Shown here: in pieces, positions 56,334 to 64,000 of the stretch
How the letters are laid out: each line of letters opens with the position of its first letter
Position numbering within the stretch: position 1 is the stretch's first letter
Source: Octopus sinensis
Taxonomy: Eukaryota
NCBI RefSeq assembly: GCF_006345805.1
Contig: NC_043016.1
Span: 26,784,001 to 26,848,000, forward strand
Reading direction: 5' to 3'
DNA: 64,000 bases
Program-made: the position numbers and the translations under genes
Notes under the pieces: model-generated
Databases searched by the model: none
What the model was told of the DNA's origin: nothing
What the model saw: the letters and a program-made list of their open reading frames with translations, nothing else

Positions 56334-57587
56334 GTGGTTTCACAACAGCAACACTCATGCTTGACCAACTTACTGGTAATGGAAGAATTGGTGACGCGCA
56401 TCCTCGATGATAGTGATGCTGTTGACATCGTTTTATTGGACTTTGCCAAAGCTTTTGACTCGGTAAACCACCGCCTATTACTTGTCAAGCTTCAAGCATA
56501 TAGTTTCCATCCGGATATTGTACGATGGGTTGGTGCATTCCTCTCAGATCTTTCCTTCCAAGTCCAAGTTAATGGTTCGCGGTCCAACGTCTCCAGTGCG
56601 AGCAGTGGCGTGCCTCAAGGTTCAGTGCTTGGGCCCTTATTGTTCTTAGTCTTCATTAATGACTTGCCCGACGACCTCACGCAACACACCCTTCTATTTG
56701 CCGATGATGTCAAACTGGTCGCTCCTCGCGGTGATATAGAGGATCTTCGTCGATGCCTCCACCAAATTTGGAGGTGGTCTAACGAATGGGACCTGTGTCT
56801 GAACGTGTCAAAGTGCTGTTATCTGCCTGTTAGCTCTCCTCCTGCAACTCAACTTGATTTCGAGCCGGGTCGTCTGCTGCTGGAGAGGACCGATCAAGTA
56901 AAGGACCTGGGTATCTTGGTGGATTCCTCCTTTTCACCTTTGACCCAGTACGTCCATGCTGCCAACAAAGCATGCGGAATTCTGTTCTTGATTCGACGGT
57001 CATTCGCAATGCTCACAGCAGCCATATTCCTACCGCTCTATGTCACGCTGGTGAGACCCATATTGGAGTACGGGATTCAAGCCTCTTCTCCTTATCTCCT
57101 CAAAGACATGCAGCATCTCGAAAGAGTCCAGAAGCTGGCTAGCCGCATGGTTCATGGTCTCAAGAATTTGTCTTATGAAGAAGGGCTGAAGACACTCAAC
57201 CTTTATTCTCTAGAAAAACGCCGCCGCCGTGGTGATCTCATTCTCGCTCACAACATCATAAGCGGAAAGTGTAACCTCTCGAAAGAGCTGTTCTTCACTC
57301 CTGCTCCAGAGCGTCGGCTGCGGGGTCATTCCGAAAAGCTCTATCTGCGACGATTTCATCTCAATCGAATGAGAGGGGCTTTCTCCGTCCGGGTTGCGGA
57401 TCCATGGAACAAGCTGCCAGACGAGATGGTGAAGATGCCGACGACCGCTTTGTTCAAAGTCTCCCTTGACCTCAAGTGGCCTGAACTCTTTACATGAACA
57501 CCACCCTGTACATAACTCCATGTCCCCCTACATGGCCTTGCCTTTTGCTTTTTGAGCCAAAAAATTAACTAATTAACTAAACTAAAA
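56334..57587 (+). mobile_element. 5'-truncated CR1-like LINE with uninterrupted 387-codon RT ORF
   Basis: DFAKAFDSV, SGVPQGSVLGPLLF, LFADDVKL, LYSLEKRRRRGDL, WNKLP. Short 3' UTR and (AACT/AATT) repeat tail; lies antisense in the ZDHHC intron. Confidence 0.93.
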
Positions 57588-57689
57588 CACCTCAATGACT
57601 AGTATGTCCCTGTGTGTGTATCCATCCAAATATCCATCCAACTCATATCAGCATAAAAAATAGATGTTAAATAATGATGGTGATATATA

Positions 57690-58560
57690 CAGGGTGTTTG
57701 AGCTAAATCTGGCAAGTTTTTATGCTTCCTTTTTCCGGGAAGTACTAATGAGCAGTCAATGGTGTTGGAATGCATGAAGATTAAATTTGTAGTTGAGAAA
57801 ATGTTAACTGACATGGATGACTGGAAGTCATCTCAATATTGGATAAGAGTTACCTATATCATGATGATTTGTATTGGGTATCAAAATGCCAACATCATGA
57901 CTATGGCTCAGTGATATGTGAAGAATATAAGACACAACATGGACAGCTACAATGGAGACTGAGAATCTCTAGCCAGCAAGAATGGATAAGGCAGGCATTC
58001 TGACTGCGTCTGCATGGTGAAATTCATCCCCATATATTTGAAGAGGGCTTTAGGCTCAATTCAGATATCTATGTAAAGCTGCTGGAGACTGTGCTCAGTC
58101 TCTGGCTAGAGAGGGTTGCTGCTGGAAGGCCATATATGTGATAGCAAGATTCAGCTCTTTGACATACCTCTGGAAAAGTCAGAAGTTGTTGCCATTGAAT
58201 TTCTATGACTTCACCAGCCCCAATTTCTAGCCTTTCAATTCCCCATAGATTACTGTGTGTGGTGTGGTTGAGAAAGACATGAACTGCTCTGCCTGTAATG
58301 ACAAAGCTGAGCTGGTAGCCAAGATCAAGGAAGTGTTTGAAGATCTTCCGAGGGACAGTGAAGAATGCATGCACCAGGTTCCAGAGCTATTTTGAGACCA
58401 TGATGGAAGCTGGGGATAACTAATTTTAATAAACTGTTATCTCCCAGCCATAATCTAGTTGATAGTTTTACAACTTTTAAAAAATATTTTAATTTTCAGA
58501 TGAGATGTTGCATTTTGTTTTCCTTTAATGCAAATTGCCAATTTTAGCTCAGAAACCCTG
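57690..58560 (+). mobile_element. Tc1/mariner-superfamily relic
   Basis: TA-flanked TIRs CAGGGTGTTTGAGCTAAATCTGGCAA / TTGCCAATTTTAGCTCAGAAACCCTG; decayed P-NS..NP.DYCVW region at ~58215-58265. Confidence 0.75.
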
Positions 58561-58582
58561 TATATAGAAGCACAGTTACAAC

Positions 58583-58992
58583 TGTGTGGTTGAGAAGTTT
58601 GTTTTTCAACCACATGGTTTTGTGTTTCATCCTTCTATGTGGCACTTTGGACAAGTGTCTTCTACTGTAGCTCCAGGCTGACTGATGCCTTGTATTTGCT
58701 TGACAGAAATAGAAACAGAAAAAAACAATAAAAGAAAGTATAAATGTGTGCGTGTTTATGCATGTGAATGTGTGTCTTCTGGTCTTGACATTATGCAATA
58801 GTTACAAAGGAGCCTCAGCATCACACAAGCAGTTTTATTTCATTCCAATCTACCATGAAAACATATCTAGCTATGAGGAAATATTACTTCGCTTGTTGAA
58901 TGGGCAAGTGTTGTCAACAGGACATCTGGCTGTAAAAGAAATCTGCCTCAGTTCCATCTGATCAATGCAAGCATGGAAAAGTGGATGATAAA
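58583..58992 (+). mobile_element. tRNA-derived SINE with RTE-type tail
   Basis: Head TGTGGTTGAGAAG and core GGCACTTTGGACAAGTGTC, like the 47485 copy, but ends GGACATCTGGCTGTAAAA..GCAAGCATGGAAAAGTGGATG. Confidence 0.65.
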
Positions 58993-61482
58993 AAATGCAC
59001 ACTGGTGCATATTAGGGACAAAATATCTGAGTTTCTGAATCTATATTAGATTGAAAAATTCAGAATATGAACATTCTCCATATTTGGAATACTGATATAT
59101 AAGAAGCTGTAAAATGCTTATGTATGATGTATGTAAGAAATCTCTACAAAATACTAAAAGTGTATGGGTGTATGGAAGAAAATGACTAAAGACTACATGG
59201 TGCTTTTCAGCATATTTCAGGGAAATGAAGTCCCACTACAGCCAACAATTGTAAAGCTAATTCAATTAATGCTTTGCTTGAAATGCATTATAATAGCTTA
59301 CTTTGATTCTTCTTACATTGCATGTCTTGAAAATAACTAGTGACATCTAGAGAGAAAGCCAAAGACAGAATGAGGAGTGACTGGAATTGTGAAGGCTACT
59401 TGTTTTCTCAACAATAGGTCATTAAATCATTCATTAAAAACAGAAAATATTTACTGACCAGTGCACTATAAGAAATTGTATAGGTATATCACAATATGTT
59501 ACTGTAATTATATATCTGACATATGTATAGTAATAATAAGATTTAGAAATATTTTCCACACATAATTCATTTCACATACACTTAATTAGTAAAATCAGGA
59601 TATATCTAGGGTAGCTTATATCACTCATATATACATATCTTTAACAAAGTATAAAGACATTAGTCTTCAATACACAGGATGTAGTTTCCTTTATATCTAT
59701 TCATTTACTCATGTTTCTGACAGAGCTAATCTCAAAATAAATTTCTTTCTTCTATTGCAATAGAAATATTTCCAATTGAAAATGGAATATAAGAGAACCA
59801 TACCAACAAAGATTTGCTGTTACCAGGCAACATATACTTTTGTTATTTACAGTGAATTAAACTTGAGCAACAATTAACCTAGCCTCTTTCTCTTTCTCAC
59901 TCAAATTATATACCCTATATTTGTTAGGTATAATGGCAACAAACTGCTTAGAGTGAGACTATATTTATCTTGTAGACATACTATAGCATTTTTTATTATG
60001 TATGTAGATATTTAACAATGGGTTAACGTGCCAGACACAAAAGATTTACATCATAGATTCAAATTTCACTAAAAGTATTACACTGACTTTGCTTCAATTC
60101 ACATAGCATCAGTTTTTCATATTAAAATGATCCACATTCTCATTATTGGTTCCCCCACTCCTTTTAACAAGCTGGTTTGCATGGAATAGTTTTTACAAAT
60201 AAAAGTGTTTGCATTTTGTAAAAGGAATTGTTTTACAACCAAGTATCTTCCCTACTTATTGAAATCAACGATGGAGTTGATTACAATCCTTTCTCAGCAC
60301 AATCTCATGGAAGTAAGTACATTCAAGCATTTGCGGAATATACATAAGAAAATTTCAATAAAAATGGGTAGAAAGCAAAAGAGCAAAAAAAAAGCATATA
60401 TCCATCTTTCTCTCTCTCTAATATGTGCGTGCGTGTGTGTATGTAGGGTTGGTTACACAATTTTGTACATATCATGAAATGTGAATTAAATATCAAGCCT
60501 TAAAATATATTCTTATTTAAATATGTAAAGAGCTAATACATTTATGTCTCGATTGTAAGTATTGGCATTGAATGATGGGTATGCACAAAAATAAAGCAAG
60601 CTCTTTAAGTTAATATTCTTTTGAATACATTCAGTACATCAAGATATATTCTTTGAATAATCATAGTTTAATAATAATAACTGGGAAGAACTATGGTTAG
60701 TCCAAAAATACAGAATTATTGTTTATTTAATATTTAAGCTACTGTACATATCAATTTTTTCAATCATGTATTAAGAAAATAGATATATAATTGATTACCA
60801 TCAGAGAAGAAAAATGTAAAAATATTAATCTTTATTTATCATCAAGAAACAAAGACAATGTCATAACTATTGCACAGTGAAAAAATTAATTTAGTTTAAG
60901 CCCTGTAACTTCGCAAAGTCAGTTCAACTGAATGCATTTTAGTTCCTGTGAGAATCCTTAGCTGAAACAAAACATGAAGTCAATATTTTACAATTGATAA
61001 TTCTGTTATGACTGTAACAAGGTGCAGGTGATTGAAGCTGAGTGTTTTGACAAGATATGTCAGGTCACATCATTTTGAATGAACTTTTAGGTTGAAAAAA
61101 CAGCCTATATCCCTGAATATATTATATTCTCATAGGAACATGCAGGTTTACTAAAAAACAGGTCAGAACTCTTGATGGACAAAACCTACAAACCTGAAAG
61201 CTCTAAAGAAATCCCATGTCTATATCCTATAAACACATCAAATAAGCTGTAGCCATAATACAACCACTTTCATGATCTGTCATTAATTTAATTTATTCCT
61301 TTTGATGGTCAACTAAGATATTCTAATTAGGAAATAGTTCTTAATATAAAGTAATTAGTATTGCAAAGCACCTAGTTTATAATATGAAAGAAAGCCAATT
61401 ACTGTTTTTGTTAGATTTTAATTTGTAAAAATTTATTAAAAAAGAAGCTTGGTATTTACTAATTTTAATACAAGGCACTTAC

Positions 61483-61640
61483 CTCTATACAATTATTACA
61501 AACACTACAATGAGAGCACCTGGGTGGCCTGTAAAACTGACATGTGGTACACCATTTCATTCGCATAGTAATACCTTTAATTTCGACATTTTTGTACAGT
61601 GGAGCTCTGAAGTCATCATCCCGAAACTCATCTTCATGAG
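61483..61640 (-). CDS. ZDHHC8: ZDHHC5/8-like palmitoyltransferase, internal exon (first exon in window; Cys-rich domain N-half)
   Basis: Encodes (A)[52 protein letters not shown], the DHHC-CRD of the ZDHHC5/8 subfamily. Acceptor ttccttgacAG, donor GTAAGT, 158 nt. The invertebrate gene is probably co-orthologous to vertebrate ZDHHC5 and ZDHHC8. Confidence 0.95.
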
Positions 61641-61667
61641 CTGTCAAGGAAAAGTAAAAAATATTCA

Positions 61668-61674
61668 GTTAGTA
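61668..61674 (-). promoter_or_regulatory. Probable U2 branch point TACTAAC for the 61640 acceptor
   Basis: Perfect TACTAAC about 27 nt upstream of the AG; a second copy lies at 61704-61710. Confidence 0.6.
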
Positions 61675-62735
61675 TTATTTATATTAATATAAAAAAACAT
61701 TCAGTTAGTATTATTATTAATAATGTTAACTGAATAAAAATATTCAGTTGGTATTATTAATTAAATTACACACATTATGTTACAAAACTAAAACATCTCC
61801 ATCATAAAAGGATGCATTAGGAAAATCGGTTTCATTAAAAAACCATTTTTCTTTTAAAATTCAAGCATGGATATAATTATATTCATTTTAAGTCATAAGA
61901 ATTTATAACAAACTCAAAAACTATGAATTAATTACATGCAACTAAAAACAGAATAAGAATAGCCAGTGCAAGTAATATCTTTTCATAGAAATATACAAAA
62001 AAAAAAAAACTCTTCCCAACCAATTGGTACCTTCTGAACTATTGACATGCAACTTTCATTGCAATCTTACTATAACTATAGTTAGCATTATCGACAACTG
62101 TTGTTAATCACCTCTTTAAGTACATTTACATTAATTCAGTACAAGCTTCTAATTACATTTGTCTTTACTTACAGAGTAAGGTCATTGTACTTAAAACTAT
62201 TTGACTATATTATTTATGTACTATTTCTTCTTTAGGACAAGGTTACAGGTATATACAAAACAAAATTAAGATCTTATCTTGTGATAGTAATGCAACAAAA
62301 ATTTAGCACCCCATCACCACCACCTATTCCAAAGTTATGTGGTCCAGAGATGGATAATTGAAAATTCTAATTATGTTCTATTTACTAATTTTTTTTATCC
62401 CTATTTTGTACACATGCAATATCTGTACAGCAGGACTGCTTACATATCCACTAAGACAGAAGTCAAAACATGAGTATTCAAACAAATAGACTATATTTTT
62501 TCTTTTAAAACTCCATGTTTGAGGTTAGACAAAAAATTTTTCTAAAACACTGTCATAAATGATTTCTTTTGAACAGACATAAAAGCAAATTTATAGAAGA
62601 GGAAGCACTATCATTATCATAAATTTATGTTGATTGTTTCAACAGGATTCTACCACTCTGTTAACTCATCTGTAAGGGCCAACATACTTAAATCTGACTA
62701 AATCACTTCACATATCTTCTGGCTAAATTCTATAT

Positions 62736-62899
62736 CAGTGGTTCCCAACCTTTTCAATACCAAGGACCCCTTTTATTTAAATGAGTTTTCTGATGGACTC
62801 CAAGATATTGAAAGGTTTGTCAGCTTAACATGTTCATGGACCCCCAGTACTACTTTGCAGACTACCAAGGGTCTGCAGACCATGTGTTGGGTACCACTG
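62736..62899. mobile_element. hAT-family MITE
   Basis: TIRs CAGTGGTTCCCAA / TTGGGTACCACTG; 8-bp TSD ttctatat / ttatatat (7/8 match). Confidence 0.8.
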
Positions 62900-63607
62900 T
62901 TATATATAATGAATTCTTACTGCAGGAACTTAATTAAATTGGGATATTGTTGCTGGCTAATGCAAAAAAACAAATTTTTAGACAAACTGAATATTATATA
63001 TGTGTGTGTGTTATATTTGGGGATGGTATTACTTTTACCAATTAACATTTCAGCTTTATTATTATTTTTATTTTAGTGTTATTTACCTGAAATCTTTTAT
63101 TACACATTCTGTGACCACTTCAGTGACTTTCCATCCCACGTTGGGTGGAGAGTCGCTGAAAGTATTAGGATGTGTCACAAAATGTGAAAGATTTCAGACA
63201 AAGGACACTCAAATAAAAATAAAGCTGAAGTGAAGAACATGTATATAGTGCATGTGGTTAATTACCAAAAATATGACCATCCCCAAATAAGACAATATCT
63301 GTTTCAACACAAGATTTTACATCAGGAATCTTGCAAAGCAAATATATATATCATCATTTAACATCTACTTTCGATGCTGGCATGGGTTGGATGATTTGAC
63401 TGAGGAGTGACAATCTGAGAGGCTGCACTAGGCTCCAATCTGATTGGGCAAGGTTTCTACAGGCAAATGCCCATCCTAATACCAACCAAGAGTGTAGTGG
63501 GTGCTTTTTACATGCCACTGGCACAGGAGCCAGTCAGGCGACATTGGACCATGCTCGAATGGTGCTTTTTATGAGCACTGGAGCAGGTGCCAGTCAGGTG
63601 GCACTGG

Positions 63608-63656
<49 letters not shown>

Positions 63657-63768
63657 TACAAAAAATTCAGGGTGAATACTTGATAACTGTAAGCACCTGT
63701 ATATGCCAGCTAGTGGTGTAGGTGGTAGGATATATGTATCAAAAGAAAAACAGGACGCAAAGGATTTT

Positions 63769-63855
63769 GCGGTACATATGTTTCGCGCTTTATTGAACAA
63801 CTTATATCAATGCATAATTAATATAACAGGTAGTTCAAAAGCCTTCTTCAGCCGC
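63769..63855 (-). ncRNA. Type I hammerhead ribozyme-like motif in a Penelope-like remnant
   Basis: Minus strand GCGG-CTGAAGA-A-[GGCTTTTGAAC..TTATATTAAT-loop-ATTGATATAA..GTTCAATAAAGCGC]-GAAA-CATATG-TA-CCGC. Both catalytic boxes are present, with stem I GCGG/CCGC, a long stem II, palindromic stem III (ACATATGT) and a GUA cleavage triplet. Confidence 0.65.
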
Positions 63856-64000
63856 GTACAATTACCACACCAAAGACATGTATCACATTATAGCAGGTTT
63901 GAGAAAAAGTTTGGGAAAAGACTGAGTTTCATTGGGAAAGTAAATCCTCATAGGCGTATATGGCATTGTGAGACACCAAAACAAAACGTCCATATTGTTT

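Noticed and set aside
56334-57497. Domesticated RT gene or prokaryote-like retron/DGR system
   Set aside because: Motifs, 5' truncation and repeat tail are those of an ordinary CR1-like LINE copy; no ATG start or accessory parts.
35487-61482. Extra ZDHHC exons in the 26 kb intron
   Set aside because: CIE joins directly to TFDHHC in frame as expected for the family. No exon-like homology was seen, though small alternative exons cannot be excluded without RNA data.
61641-61653. TTCCTTGAC resembling a U12 branch point
   Set aside because: It abuts the AG with no spacing, and a U2-type TACTAAC lies at the normal distance. The donor of this intron is outside the window and cannot be checked.

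Overview
AT-rich animal genomic DNA, most likely a coleoid cephalopod such as Octopus (inferred from the SINE/RTE repeat complement and the very large TA/CA microsatellites). It holds the 3' part of one host gene on the minus strand, a ZDHHC5/ZDHHC8-type palmitoyltransferase. Six exons (61483-61640, 35314-35486, 31356-31458, 29440-29531, 27631-27769, 23840-24652) splice in frame and end in the PDZ ligand YEISV*; the 5' exons lie beyond the window. One intron (31459-35313) has a U12-type donor and branch point. The rest is intronic or downstream DNA filled with RTE- and CR1-like LINE fragments, SINEs, Tc1/mariner and hAT relics, non-autonomous Helitrons, Penelope-like remnants and micro/minisatellites. 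Nearly all long ORFs in the supplied track are microsatellite artefacts. Most notable: a Penelope-type hammerhead ribozyme motif on the sense strand of an intron, the U12 intron, a ~1.2 kb foldback palindrome, a twin-priming-style inverted RTE insertion, a tandem Helitron dimer, and SINEs sharing 3' tails with two different LINE clades. I see no convincing wholly new multi-gene system; these are candidates to test.
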